From: a virus
DNA: 64,000 nucleotides
Direction: 5' to 3' (one strand)
IMG/VR virus record: IMGVR_UViG_3300012971_000021
The position numbers and the translations under genes are program-made. Below the pieces are notes generated by a model. The model worked only from the letters and a program-made list of their open reading frames with translations. It was not told the DNA's origin and did not search any database. Shown in pieces: positions 44,608 through 55,303 of this stretch; position 1 is the stretch's first letter, and the number at the start of each line of letters is the position of its first letter.

Positions 44608-47514
44608 ATGCCCGATCCCTTCGACTACTTCATTCGTGAAGAGCCGTTCCAAGGCACGTTCCACACCACATCTTCGTTCGATCACTTTCGACGCCAGGAG
44701 CCTGCCAAGTCGGTAGCTCTCTCTCCAGCTACCCAGGTCTCCGCGTCCGACTCGGGCACCGCGACTGAGAGCGCAGCCATCACCAAGATCGGAGCCAACG
44801 ACACCGACGGCGGAACGATCACAGAGACCGCTTCGGCAGATGCCAAGGGGATCATCGTCTCGGACTTTGGTGTCTTCTCCGAGGCATGGGCGACCCAGCC
44901 GCAGTACTACCGTGACACGATAATGCTCGACGGCCCGCGCGCGTATTGGCGGATGGAGGAACCGTCCGGTACCGTAGTGCGCGATACGGCTGGTGGTCTT
45001 ACGCTCGGAGCAGGGTCTGGCACGCCGCCCACACCGGGTGTCCCTGGCATTCTTCCGGGCTACCCAGGATCGATGGCGCGTGGGTTCTCGTCGGTCGGAA
45101 CATTCCTCAACGGCGGCAACGCTCCGTTCAAATACAACTTGTTCACTTGGGAGTTCTGGGTCAAGCGGACGAGAACGAACGCTGACGAAGACATCTGTGA
45201 CCAGTACAACGGCGGCGCTCAGTTCCTGATTGGATCCGACGGTACGCTACGCCTCTATCAGAGCTATGGAGGAATGGTCTCGAAATCAACCAACCTCAAG
45301 ATACTCGATACGAATGCACATCATGTTGTCGTATCGCGTGCTGGGATTGGTGGACAGGTCGTCTTCTACCTAGACGCTGTATCTGAAGTTGGAACGGTAG
45401 AAACGCTTTACAACGTTGACTACAGCGTATGGGCCGGATACAATATCTTCATCGGATCGCAGTGGGGTAACTACCCATTTGACGGAACGATTGACGAGTT
45501 CGCGATCTACGACTACGTTCTAGCACCTAGTCATGTCGCTAACCACTACAACGTCGGCTATGGTCAGGTCGTCGCTCAAGGCGTAGACAGCGGCACTGCG
45601 GTCGAGGCGTATGCGATCAATAAGACCATGGCGGACTCAGGAACCGCTGTCGAGTCTGCATCTGTCACTCGCGTTCTGTACAGCGACGTTGATGTCGGAA
45701 CGGCGACCGAGTCCGCATCGTTCCTCTACGCTCCGGCCGGGACGGACGCGGGCACGCTGTCCGAGGCTGCCTCTCCGGTTGCGAGCATCTCCGATAACGA
45801 TGCGAGCGGTACGACTACCGAAACGGCGTCGCTCGTTGCTAGGATCCCGGGCGCAGCGCCGTACCCCTCGCTCGTGCTATCCGATGGAGCTATCAACTAC
45901 TGGAGATTGAACGAGGTCTCCGGGACGACCGCGAGAGACATTCTCGGGAACATCAACGGAGTCTACGGCGGCGGCTACACCCTCAATCAGCCGGGCGCGG
46001 TCGCGGGAGATGCGGCGGTTGCACTCAACGGAACGACGGGCAACGTCGCTATCAACAACGTTTCGGTAGCTGGTGACTGTTCGTTCGAGTGCTGGTCATA
46101 CTTGACGGACGCCGCTGCTGTACAGCATGCCATCCTCGCCCAGTCGGGAACGAACCCAGGCCGGTTGCGTCTGCTCATCCAGGGGACGACGATCTTCCTG
46201 GGTATCATCAACCCGTCGTCGGTCGAGGTAACATTCAACCTCTCGGGACAACCGTCGGTTCTCAACGTCTGGACGCATTGGGTCGTCGTCAGGAGCGGTA
46301 CGAACGTCACGCTCTATCGCAATGGTGTCGCCGTTCCGAGCGGAACGTTCACTATACCGGCCGGGACGACCGCCATCAACCAGTTCGGACAGCAAGCTGG
46401 ATCGTACTACTTCGGCGGGTCGATTGACGAGATCGCTGTCTATCCGACCGCTTTGACACCGGCGCAGATCCTTGCTCACTACAGAGCAGCGCCGCTCGCT
46501 ACAGCTTTCGATGTCAATGGTATAACGACCGAGACTGGATCCGTCAGGGTTCCTGTTCCCGCGAGCGATTCCGGAACGATGACAGAGACTAGCCACGTCG
46601 ATCAGGGCGCGGCTGTCGGCGGTACCGACTCGGGATCGTTGGCGGAAGCAACGAGCTTGCAGACGACGGTGACGACCTCAGACGCCATAGCTACGGCCTC
46701 GGAGGTTACCACCGTCAAGGCGACGGTGTCTGCAGCCGACTCGGCAGTAGGCGCAGACACCGTTGCCCTATTCGTCCCGGTCTCGGTGGCCGATGCCGGC
46801 GTCGGTACGGAGTCTTCCACGCTCGCTGGGAAGCCGCAGACCGGCGACATAGGCTCCAGCACTGAGACCGGGGCGGTGATTGCCCAGATCACCGCGACAG
46901 ACGCGGGCGGATCGACAGAAGTAGGGTTGGTTACATTCGCGGTCACCTTGACTGACTCTGGTACCGCGACTGAAGCATACTCCCTGACGGTCTCAAGGAC
47001 GGATACCGACTCAGGCTCCATAGTCGAGTCCGCTTCGCCCGTTGCCTCTCTCACGACGGGTGACTCTGGCTCGGCTACTGAGTCGGTGTCCGCTCGCGTC
47101 TACGTCACCGACTCGGATCTCGCAATGGCCGCCGAGGTTGTGGCCCTGGTTGCGAAGCTCGCCAGCGGAGACAATGGGTCAATCGCCGAAGGAACTACCA
47201 CCCGTGCTCAAATCATCGCGATTGACTCGGGCACCCTTATAGATAACGCGATACCGGACATATATACTGATGACTACGCGGTGGGGATCGACACCGAGCT
47301 TCTACACGTCTGGGTCGAAGACCAAGACAATGGATTCATGTCGGAAGTCTACGATAGGCAGCCTCCGCTGGTCTTCTTTACGGGCGCTCCTGCAGGCTAT
47401 ATACTCGCGATGTCGATGGGCACCTTCTCCACACCCGCATCCGGAACGTTCCGCAGCGCGTCCGGGTCGCAGGGTTCCTTTGGTAAGCCGACGACCGGGA
47501 GGATCTTGAAATGA
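44608..47514 (+). CDS. Large virion protein with two LamG/ConA-like lectin domains and DSGTxxE repeats
   Basis: AYWRMEE and NYWRLNE; GTIDEFAIY and GSIDEIAVY; many D(S/A)G(T/S)xxE repeats. Confidence 0.8.
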   Translation: MPDPFDYFIREEPFQGTFHTTSSFDHFRRQEPAKSVALSPATQVSASDSGTATESAAITKIGANDTDGGTITETASADAKGIIVSDFGVFSEAWATQPQYYRDTIMLDGPRAYWRMEEPSGTVVRDTAGGLTLGAGSGTPPTPGVPGILPGYPGSMARGFSSVGTFLNGGNAPFKYNLFTWEFWVKRTRTNADEDICDQYNGGAQFLIGSDGTLRLYQSYGGMVSKSTNLKILDTNAHHVVVSRAGIGGQVVFYLDAVSEVGTVETLYNVDYSVWAGYNIFIGSQWGNYPFDGTIDEFAIYDYVLAPSHVANHYNVGYGQVVAQGVDSGTAVEAYAINKTMADSGTAVESASVTRVLYSDVDVGTATESASFLYAPAGTDAGTLSEAASPVASISDNDASGTTTETASLVARIPGAAPYPSLVLSDGAINYWRLNEVSGTTARDILGNINGVYGGGYTLNQPGAVAGDAAVALNGTTGNVAINNVSVAGDCSFECWSYLTDAAAVQHAILAQSGTNPGRLRLLIQGTTIFLGIINPSSVEVTFNLSGQPSVLNVWTHWVVVRSGTNVTLYRNGVAVPSGTFTIPAGTTAINQFGQQAGSYYFGGSIDEIAVYPTALTPAQILAHYRAAPLATAFDVNGITTETGSVRVPVPASDSGTMTETSHVDQGAAVGGTDSGSLAEATSLQTTVTTSDAIATASEVTTVKATVSAADSAVGADTVALFVPVSVADAGVGTESSTLAGKPQTGDIGSSTETGAVIAQITATDAGGSTEVGLVTFAVTLTDSGTATEAYSLTVSRTDTDSGSIVESASPVASLTTGDSGSATESVSARVYVTDSDLAMAAEVVALVAKLASGDNGSIAEGTTTRAQIIAIDSGTLIDNAIPDIYTDDYAVGIDTELLHVWVEDQDNGFMSEVYDRQPPLVFFTGAPAGYILAMSMGTFSTPASGTFRSASGSQGSFGKPTTGRILK

Positions 47515-48272
47515 CCGTAGTGTCATTCACCGACTACACGCCGGTGCCCAGGTTCGATGGCATTCCTTGGATCACCATCCTCATCGACGAGTCTACGATG
47601 GAGGATGGCCCCTGGGATCCCATCGACTCCATACCGATGTTGCCAGTTGACCCGGATCCGGCCGAGCCGATGGCAAGGTCGTTCACGACGGACAACGCCA
47701 CGATGGACGAGGGTTGGTACCGGGTCTCGTTTGTCGATGTGAACAACAACGTCGTCCAGACAGCCCCTGCGTTCCACGGAGAAGCGTACGCCTGGATCCC
47801 GACGTTGGCCGATGTCGGCTCGCTCGTCCTAGCTCGGACTCGCGACCACAACGGGAACGTCTTGGGAACATTCACGGACGACACGCAGCCGACCGACGAC
47901 CAGGTCAGAGCGTTGATTCAGAAGTCCGTCGAGAACGTCATGCCGTTCATCGGCACCGACATTCCCGAGGTTCTCAACCAAGAGGCTCAGGATGTCGTCG
48001 CGCTCCGGACGGCGATGTACATCGAGTTGACCTTCTTCTCCAACGAGGTCGCTCAGAATCGCTCGCCCTACCCGGAGTTCAAAACGTTGTTTGACGAGAA
48101 GATCGCGACCCTCGCAACGGCGGTCGCCGCTGTCGAGGCGGGCGCAGATCCCTCGGATGCCCTCGTCAGCGTCGCAGATCAGGGCTACGGCTACCCGGCA
48201 TACGCCTTTCCTCCGCCAATGTCAGTCATGACCAACTTCCCGCCTGGCTACCCACACAGTGGGATTGTTTGA
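47511..48272 (+). CDS. Head-tail adaptor (Ig-like N-terminus)
   Basis: PTLADVGSL...FTDDTQPTDDQVRALI; position. Confidence 0.7.
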   Translation: MTVVSFTDYTPVPRFDGIPWITILIDESTMEDGPWDPIDSIPMLPVDPDPAEPMARSFTTDNATMDEGWYRVSFVDVNNNVVQTAPAFHGEAYAWIPTLADVGSLVLARTRDHNGNVLGTFTDDTQPTDDQVRALIQKSVENVMPFIGTDIPEVLNQEAQDVVALRTAMYIELTFFSNEVAQNRSPYPEFKTLFDEKIATLATAVAAVEAGADPSDALVSVADQGYGYPAYAFPPPMSVMTNFPPGYPHSGIV

Positions 48273-48739
48273 TGGCCCGGGAACTAGTCATCCGCATCTT
48301 TGGTGCGGAGGAGGCGAGGGAACGTCTGTTCCAGGGAGCGAACCGGGCGGGGAGCATGGAGCCGGCATTCGAGGACATCGCCGAAGATATGCGCAGGATC
48401 ACGGCGATCAACTTCAGCAGCGAAGGTCGTCGTGGCGGCGGAAGCTGGGCATGGCTCTCTCCGAGCCGTCTCCGCCAGAAGATCAAAGCTGGTCTTCCTG
48501 AGGACATCCTGATCGCCCACAAGAGGTTGTACGAGTCAGTCACCACTGACAACGACGACTCGATTGCGGACATCTACAAGAACCGGATCAACTTCGGGTC
48601 TGCGCTCGACTACGCAGCTTCCCATCAGTTCGGGAATGAGCATCTGCCGGCGCGGCCCTTCCTCCGCTTCATCGAGAGTGATCTGGAGGGATGGGTCACG
48701 ATGTGCGAGAACTCGATCTATCAAGCGATGGGGTTCTAG
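48269..48739 (+). CDS. Neck/tail-completion protein (Mu gpG-like)
   Basis: YAASHQFG...LPARPFL. Confidence 0.8.
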   Translation: MMARELVIRIFGAEEARERLFQGANRAGSMEPAFEDIAEDMRRITAINFSSEGRRGGGSWAWLSPSRLRQKIKAGLPEDILIAHKRLYESVTTDNDDSIADIYKNRINFGSALDYAASHQFGNEHLPARPFLRFIESDLEGWVTMCENSIYQAMGF

Positions 48740-49368
48740 TGACCGACATCTTCGGGCCGATCTTCGACGGCAGTGTTCTTTCGCGGGCTGTCTTGTCTTG
48801 CCTGGAGGCATGGTACCCGACCTACATCCAGGAGATCGAAGTTCAGCGCGGCTACCCTCGCGGCAAGATCCCACATCCCAAGACGTACACGGAGCGATGG
48901 CAGTTCGACTCCTACCCGGACGACAAGATCCCGGTCGTGGTCGCTGTCTGTCCTGGAATGGCGGAGCCTCCTGAGCACACCGGGGATGGAGTCTACGGAG
49001 GCTGGTGGGCGCTCGGGGTCGGGATCATCGCCGCAGCGAGCACCGAGGAGAACTCTGAGCGCCTTGCCAAAGTCTACGGCGCGGCTGCTCGGGCGATCCT
49101 GATGCAAAAATCGTACATCAGCGATGACTGGGAGTTCGCCGGGGTCGATCTGGTGGACGAGAGCTATGACGACATTCCCGACATGGAGCAAGCCCGAACG
49201 ATGCGAGCGGTACAAATCATCACACGGGTCAGGGTCGAGAACGTCGTCACCATCTATGGCGGGCCTCAATACCCGATCCCGCCGGATCCGGAGACGCAGC
49301 CTGGGTCGGACTGGCCTACTGCCGACACGGTAGACGTCACAATCAAACGGAAAGAGGAGGAGGGTTGA
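48739..49368 (+). CDS. Tail terminator-like protein
   Basis: Position before sheath; GTG 48739. Confidence 0.6.
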   Translation: MTDIFGPIFDGSVLSRAVLSCLEAWYPTYIQEIEVQRGYPRGKIPHPKTYTERWQFDSYPDDKIPVVVAVCPGMAEPPEHTGDGVYGGWWALGVGIIAAASTEENSERLAKVYGAAARAILMQKSYISDDWEFAGVDLVDESYDDIPDMEQARTMRAVQIITRVRVENVVTIYGGPQYPIPPDPETQPGSDWPTADTVDVTIKRKEEEG

Positions 49369-49619
49369 TGCCACCGACACCGAAGCCCCAGAAGCCGCCG
49401 GATCCTCCGGGTACGCCGTGGTACAGGTTCATCGGGAACCGCGCGATGATCCTGGAGGGCGGGCAGCCCATCGAACCGGGGCAGTACATCCAGCTCACTC
49501 CGGAGGAGATCACCGGCGTGACACAGCTGGCAGTTCTGGACGGACATCTCATCGACGCGACCGGCTCGGAGCCGCAGATGGCCCAGGAGTCGGCCCCGCC
49601 GCCAGAGGAAGGAGAGTAG
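49368..49619 (+). CDS. Small hypothetical protein
   Basis: Coupled ORF before sheath. Confidence 0.65.
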   Translation: MPPTPKPQKPPDPPGTPWYRFIGNRAMILEGGQPIEPGQYIQLTPEEITGVTQLAVLDGHLIDATGSEPQMAQESAPPPEEGE

Positions 49620-51065
49620 ATGAGCACCCTGATCCGGCCGGGTGTCAACGTCACTCTGCGCCCCACGCCGCCGACGCGGAGCGCACCGACGGACACCGGC
49701 GTCTGGTTCTTGGTCGGTACGGCGGACTCCGGGCCGACCGTGCCGACTCGCATCACCAGCATGCAGAACTTTACCAACGTGTTCGGCCCAAGGGTCACGT
49801 ACAGCGTTCTGTACGACGCGCTGGACGTGTACTTCCGCGAGGGCGGTTCCATCGCCGAGGTCTGTCGCGTCGTCGGGCCGGCAGCGGTCGTGGCGAGCAA
49901 GAACCTGCTCGACGCAAGCTCGGGAATCTCTCTGGTCGCCTCGGCACTCGGCCCGGGGGCGAGCGGCAACAACATCAAGGTCGGAGTCAGGAATGGGCAG
50001 ACGGGCGGCACCTTCGTCCTGTTCGTCCAGGACTCGACCAACACCGAGGTCGAGACCAGCCCGGATCTCGCCAATCAGTCGGCGGCGGTTCTCTGGGCGA
50101 GCTACTCCAGCTACATCCGGGTGGCGCTCGGTGCGTCTTCCCTCAACCCGGCGACCGTCGCAGCCGCGGCGCTTTCGGGCGGCAACGACGACCGGAACAA
50201 CATCACCGACGCGCAGTGGCAGGCGGCGCTCGATCAGTTCACGTCGGATCTCGGGCCGGGGCAGGTCTCCGCTCCGGGCCGCACGTCGGACATCGGCCAC
50301 CAGCAGCTGGTCACTCACGCCGGTGCGCGCAAGCGCGCCGCGATCCTCGACGCGCCGGACACCGCAACCGTCGCCACGTTGCTCGCCAGCGCGGTCGGGG
50401 CGCGGGCCGGAACGCAGAAGTTCGCGGCGATGTTCTGGCCGTGGTGCATCGCTCCGGGCGTCATCACCGGGACGACGCGCTCCGTTCCTCCCAGTGCCCT
50501 CATCGCGGGTCTCTGCGCCCGCAACGACGGCCAAGGCAAGGGCGCGGACTGTCCGGCCGCGGGCGACAACGGAGCGGCGCTGTTCGTGAACGACCTGTCA
50601 CAGAACCCGGTGGCGGACTCGATCCGCGGGCAGCTCAACACCGGCTGCGTCAACGTCGTCCGCGAGATGTTCGGCGGCGTGCGGAACTACGGATGGCGCT
50701 CGCTGGTCGATCCGACCGCCGAGGCCGACTGGGTCAACTTCGGTTGCGCCCGCCTCTGGATGAGCATCGCTGCGAACGCGAACGCCATCGCAGAGGGCTA
50801 CGTGTTCGACAAGATCGACGGCTCGGGGCACACGATCTCCTCGTTCAACGGGGCGCTCGCCGGCATGCTCCAGGAGTATTACGCCAACGGGGATCTCTAC
50901 GGCGCGAGCGCGCCGGATGCGTTCTTCGTGGACACCGGCCCGCAGGTCAACACCCCGACCACCATCGCGAACCACGAACTCCACGCCGTGCTCTACGTCC
51001 GCATGGCCGAGTTCGCCGAGATGGTGCAGATCGAGGTCTACAAGAAGCCCATCAACGAGGCGTAG
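49620..51065 (+). CDS. Tail sheath protein
   Basis: RPGVNV, ITSMQNFTNVFG, YFREGG, GPGASGNNIKV, AAILDAP, YGWRSL. Confidence 0.92.
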   Translation: MSTLIRPGVNVTLRPTPPTRSAPTDTGVWFLVGTADSGPTVPTRITSMQNFTNVFGPRVTYSVLYDALDVYFREGGSIAEVCRVVGPAAVVASKNLLDASSGISLVASALGPGASGNNIKVGVRNGQTGGTFVLFVQDSTNTEVETSPDLANQSAAVLWASYSSYIRVALGASSLNPATVAAAALSGGNDDRNNITDAQWQAALDQFTSDLGPGQVSAPGRTSDIGHQQLVTHAGARKRAAILDAPDTATVATLLASAVGARAGTQKFAAMFWPWCIAPGVITGTTRSVPPSALIAGLCARNDGQGKGADCPAAGDNGAALFVNDLSQNPVADSIRGQLNTGCVNVVREMFGGVRNYGWRSLVDPTAEADWVNFGCARLWMSIAANANAIAEGYVFDKIDGSGHTISSFNGALAGMLQEYYANGDLYGASAPDAFFVDTGPQVNTPTTIANHELHAVLYVRMAEFAEMVQIEVYKKPINEA

Positions 51066-51079
51066 GAGGGAGGTAACCA

Positions 51080-51553
51080 ATGAGTGCTGTCATCAGGGGA
51101 ACGCGCCAGGACACCTGGATCGTCAACCTGAAGGTCGAGAACCCGAAGCTGGTCGCCGCCGGTCAGCCGGGCCACATGATCGACTACGATGTGTGGGACA
51201 CCAAGTCCGGCGGCGAGATCGACTCCGAGGAGAACTTGTACTACCCGGGCGGAATGAAGCCCGCGTACTCGCTCGGAGGGCGCGTCAATCCGGGTCAGCT
51301 CACGCTGAGTCGGAACTACCGGCTGAGCCGCGACCACGACAACATCCAGCAGCTGATCGACGCGGTGGGGAAGTCGAAGATCATCGTGTCCATGCGGCCG
51401 ATGGATCGCTACAAGAACCCCTACGGCTCGCCCATCGTCTGGACGGGAACGCTGAAGACCGTAACCCTTCCGGAGCACAACTCGATGTCCACCACCGACG
51501 CGGCGATGATCGAGATCGTCTGTTCCATCGACAAGCCGCCGACGAGCACCTAG
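51080..51553 (+). CDS. Tail tube protein
   Basis: Follows sheath; WDTKSGGEIDSE...LTLSRNY. Confidence 0.8.
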   Translation: MSAVIRGTRQDTWIVNLKVENPKLVAAGQPGHMIDYDVWDTKSGGEIDSEENLYYPGGMKPAYSLGGRVNPGQLTLSRNYRLSRDHDNIQQLIDAVGKSKIIVSMRPMDRYKNPYGSPIVWTGTLKTVTLPEHNSMSTTDAAMIEIVCSIDKPPTST

Positions 51554-51571
51554 CACTAGTCAGGAGGGAGC

Positions 51572-52129
51572 ATGGAAGAGCCAGAGCAGCCGCTCGTAAC
51601 CGACATCACGAGCGACGAAGAAGTGAATCCTCAGAGGTCGCTCGCGGATCAACTCCGCGAGCGTCGCTCTGAGATCGCGGAGACCAAGGAGGTCTTCCTG
51701 CCGTTGACCGGCTACGAGCAGTTCGGCGTACAGGTCAAGCATCGGCTGATGGATCGAGTCGAGGTCGAGGGCATCGGTCGCAAGATCCTGGCCGAGACTC
51801 GGAACCGTAGCGAGCGCAATATGCGGATCCTTCTCGACGTCATCATCAACTCGACCCAGGGGTTCTACATCCAGGACGAGGAGACGAACAAGGATGAACC
51901 GGAGCAGCTGATGGATCCGTCCGGCGCCACGATCTACGGATGGGACGGATTCGCGACGTACCTCGGCTGGACTACCAACGGCGACGAAGCACACGCACGG
52001 GCCGCTCTGTACTGGGTCTTCGGCGGCAACGAGTTCTCCATCGGGCAATACGGGATCCTCCTCAACCGCTGGATGGGCAACACGAGCCTCAAGGTGGACG
52101 AGGAGTTCCTGGGGGAAGTGCTGGGGTAA
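51572..52129 (+). CDS. Tail assembly chaperone (extended to 52323 by a -1 frameshift)
   Basis: Between tube and TMP; -1 frame open to 52323. Confidence 0.75.
   Translation: MEEPEQPLVTDITSDEEVNPQRSLADQLRERRSEIAETKEVFLPLTGYEQFGVQVKHRLMDRVEVEGIGRKILAETRNRSERNMRILLDVIINSTQGFYIQDEETNKDEPEQLMDPSGATIYGWDGFATYLGWTTNGDEAHARAALYWVFGGNEFSIGQYGILLNRWMGNTSLKVDEEFLGEVLG
52111..52117 (+). other. Programmed -1 frameshift slippery site GGGGGAA
   Basis: CTG GGG GAA near the chaperone stop; motif known from actinophage tail chaperones. Confidence 0.75.
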
Positions 52130-52319
52130 TACCCGATGAGATCAAAGCGGCGGCATCCATCGCATTCTCTGGCCAGGATCCTGTCAGGTACCTGGAGGAG
52201 ACCGACTCCGAGAAACGGGTGCAGATGGAGGCCATCGCCGCCGAGTACGTCAAGCTGGTGCAACTCCTCAACGAAGACCTTGCCCACATGGTCATCAGTA
52301 AGCTCGCAGAGGCAATGAA

Positions 52320-54671
52320 GTGACCGCCGGGCGCGCAGCCGTAATCCAGCTCAAGCTCCAGGGCCAGCGGGCTATGCAGGCCGGGCTAGGCGCGACTGCT
52401 GCGTCCATCAAAGGTCTCCAAGGCGCGGTAGCGGAGTACAACGCCACGGCCGAGGTCTCGACCCGGCGCTCGTGGTTGTGGAACCAGGCTCTGTTCACTC
52501 TGCGTCGTTACGCTTACGCCGGCACGCTTGCGATCACGGGCCTGGGCACGGCGGCTGCCATCATGGGGTTCAAGTTCAACGCCTCCATGGAAAGCAACCG
52601 GATGGCCTTCACGCAGTTCCTCGGATCTGCGCAACTGGCCAACAAGGAACTGACATACCTGTATAACCTCGCCAAGTACACGCCGTTCGAGTTCAGCAAC
52701 GTCACTTCCGCGGCTCGGCGGTTCCTCGCGTTTGGCTACTCGCTGCGCGAGACCAACAAGTACCTTCAGATCATCGGAGACACCGCGGCGGCGTTCGGTG
52801 GGAGTGGCGACCTCATCGAACGCATGGTGCTCGTCTTCGGGCAGATCCGCGCGAGCGGTCGTCTTCTCGGCCAGGACATGCTTCAGTTGGAACAGCAGGG
52901 CGTCCCGGTTCTGGAGATCCTTCAGAAGCAACTTGGCCTGACCGCCGAGCAGCTGGGTCGGATTGGCGCTGTCGGGATTCCGGCATACGTCGGGATCCCC
53001 GCGCTCATGCGCGGAATGCACGAGCTATTCGCCGGAATGGCTCTGAAGCAAGCGCAGACCTTCAGCGGACAGCTTTCTACCCTTCATGACAATCTCTCCC
53101 AGGTCTTTGGCGCGCTAACGCTCCGCCAGTTCAACAAGGCGAGCAAGGGGCTGCTGCCTGGTCTGAATAAGATGTTCGACGATATGACCAAGTTGATCCA
53201 GAAGCAGAAGGGCAGGATCACCTTGGCTCAGGCGCTCGGGATCGCGGAGGCGCACTACCCGTGGATCAAGCCTATCGCCGACATCACGCAGAGGCTGCTA
53301 ACGCTCGGGCGAGCGTTCTGGAACTTCTTCATGAAGGTGCTCTGGCCGGCAATCAGGATCGCGCTTATCCCGGTTCTGATTCTCCTCGTCCAGCTGATGT
53401 GGGGTCTGACGAAGGTTCTCAACATCTTGGCTGCGATCCCGGGACTCAAGTACCTGGTCGCTGTCTTCCTGATCATCCTCATGACGGAGTTCGCGTGGGT
53501 CAGGCTCATCGCGCTCCTAACGAGGGTGACCTGGCTCATCAGGTTCCTGCGGATGGGAAAGCTCGCGAAGACGTTGATGACCGAGGAGCAGCTCAAGAAT
53601 ATCGGGAAGCTCGACAAGTACCTCATGCGACTCGGAGACCGCTGGAAGTGGTTCTGGCGAACAACGGTCGGCGGCGGGGCGTTGAGATCCAGTCAGAGGT
53701 TGTGGCAGATCCTCCGCACCGGCCAGGTCGCGATGCCCAGCGGTCGCTTCCCGAAGTATACAGCATTTGAGAAGTTCATCCAAGGAATGCGCCTCAAGGC
53801 TCTCGCGGGAGCGAAGTCAATTGGCCGCGCATTTGAAGTTCTGCGGACGGGATCAGTACAGGGGCCAGGAGGCTTCCAGAAACTTACCCCATTCGAGAAG
53901 TGGATCCGTCGAATGCGCATCGTCGCCATCGGGCAGTTCTTGAAGATCGGTGCCGGCTTCAAGTACCTCAAGAACGCGGGCGAAGCTCTGTTCAAGGGTC
54001 GCGTCACCGGGAAGTTCCTCCAACAGTACAACAGGCTGGAGCGGGTGCTGATCCGTCTCCGCATCTTCATCCTGAGGCTCATCCCGGCGATCCGCGGCGT
54101 CGGGATCGCGCTCTGGACATTCGTCTCCACGAACCCGATCATCGCGATCATCGGCGCTGTCATCCTTCTGATCGTGGCGCTCGTTGTCCTCTACTACAAG
54201 TGGGGATGGTTCCACAAGCACGTGGACAAGACCTGGCACTGGATCAAGGATCACTGGCGTCTGCTAGCCATCGTCATCTTCGGGCCGTTCATGCCGATGA
54301 TCCCGCTGTTCATCCTGATCCTCGATAACATCAAGAGGATCATCAATTGGGCCAAGACTCTTATCGGCTGGCTCAAGTCGGCCTGGGGATGGATGCAGAA
54401 GATCAATCCTGTCCACTGGATCGGAGTCGGGGCGCACGCCATCGGTGGATTCTTCTCGGGCGGTGGCGGAGGTCAGAACACTCAGCCCGGGGCGGAGCGC
54501 AGAGGGCCAATGCTCTCTCCGAGGGGCGCGAGCTACGCCGCTGCCTTCGCGGGAGCGCACCAGACCGTTCCGCAGCTCAATGTTACGGTACATAGCGAAC
54601 TGCACGTAGATCGGAAGAAGCTTGCTGAGTCCGTGTCCAAGGCCAAGATGGATAAGGCTGCGAGGAAGTAA
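52320..54671 (+). CDS. Tape measure protein
   Basis: TPFEFSNVTSAARRFLAFG...FGQIRASGRLLGQDMLQL; TM segments. Confidence 0.92.
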   Translation: MTAGRAAVIQLKLQGQRAMQAGLGATAASIKGLQGAVAEYNATAEVSTRRSWLWNQALFTLRRYAYAGTLAITGLGTAAAIMGFKFNASMESNRMAFTQFLGSAQLANKELTYLYNLAKYTPFEFSNVTSAARRFLAFGYSLRETNKYLQIIGDTAAAFGGSGDLIERMVLVFGQIRASGRLLGQDMLQLEQQGVPVLEILQKQLGLTAEQLGRIGAVGIPAYVGIPALMRGMHELFAGMALKQAQTFSGQLSTLHDNLSQVFGALTLRQFNKASKGLLPGLNKMFDDMTKLIQKQKGRITLAQALGIAEAHYPWIKPIADITQRLLTLGRAFWNFFMKVLWPAIRIALIPVLILLVQLMWGLTKVLNILAAIPGLKYLVAVFLIILMTEFAWVRLIALLTRVTWLIRFLRMGKLAKTLMTEEQLKNIGKLDKYLMRLGDRWKWFWRTTVGGGALRSSQRLWQILRTGQVAMPSGRFPKYTAFEKFIQGMRLKALAGAKSIGRAFEVLRTGSVQGPGGFQKLTPFEKWIRRMRIVAIGQFLKIGAGFKYLKNAGEALFKGRVTGKFLQQYNRLERVLIRLRIFILRLIPAIRGVGIALWTFVSTNPIIAIIGAVILLIVALVVLYYKWGWFHKHVDKTWHWIKDHWRLLAIVIFGPFMPMIPLFILILDNIKRIINWAKTLIGWLKSAWGWMQKINPVHWIGVGAHAIGGFFSGGGGGQNTQPGAERRGPMLSPRGASYAAAFAGAHQTVPQLNVTVHSELHVDRKKLAESVSKAKMDKAARK

Positions 54672-55303
54672 TGCCACCAGCTGAGCAACACTACTACGTC
54701 TTCCGCGCGAGTAACGGACTCACCGTCAAGGTCATGCGCGGATCCGGGACTCCGAAGATCGTTGGCGGGGAGGGCGGTTGGGAGGTTGTGAACCGCGCTC
54801 GCCGCGTCGGGCTGACGCAGTGGACGGGACACGAGCCATATCGGATGGACGTGCCCGTCATGTTTGATGGGTACCGTGGCGGCATCAGCGTCGAGCGCGA
54901 CATCCGCGTTTTCAATCTGATGTCGATGGGCGTGAACTTTACTCCTCCACCAACCGTCACGATTGTTGGTGCGCTTCCCGTCGTCGGCGCTACTTGGGTC
55001 ATCGAGAGCATCGACTGGGGCGATCTCGTCTACTGGGAGCGGTCGAGTCAAGGACAGTTCTTCCGTCTGCGTCAGGATGCGGTCGCTCACATGCTCCAGT
55101 ACGAAGCGGAGAAAGCTCTCAAGATCATCATTCCGAAGCAGATCCCGAACTCGTACACAACTCATGGCACCGGCGAGACGCTTCGCTCGATAGCCAAGAA
55201 CATGTACGGGAACGGAGCGCGCTGGAAGGACATCGCTAAGGCCAATCCGAAGATCCGCGATCCGAACAAGATCCCGGACAAGACCAAGCTGAGGATTCCG
55301 TAG
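54671..55303 (+). CDS. Baseplate/tube-initiator protein with LysM
   Basis: GETLRSIAKNMYGNGARWKDIAKANPKIRDPNKI. Confidence 0.85.
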   Translation: MPPAEQHYYVFRASNGLTVKVMRGSGTPKIVGGEGGWEVVNRARRVGLTQWTGHEPYRMDVPVMFDGYRGGISVERDIRVFNLMSMGVNFTPPPTVTIVGALPVVGATWVIESIDWGDLVYWERSSQGQFFRLRQDAVAHMLQYEAEKALKIIIPKQIPNSYTTHGTGETLRSIAKNMYGNGARWKDIAKANPKIRDPNKIPDKTKLRIP

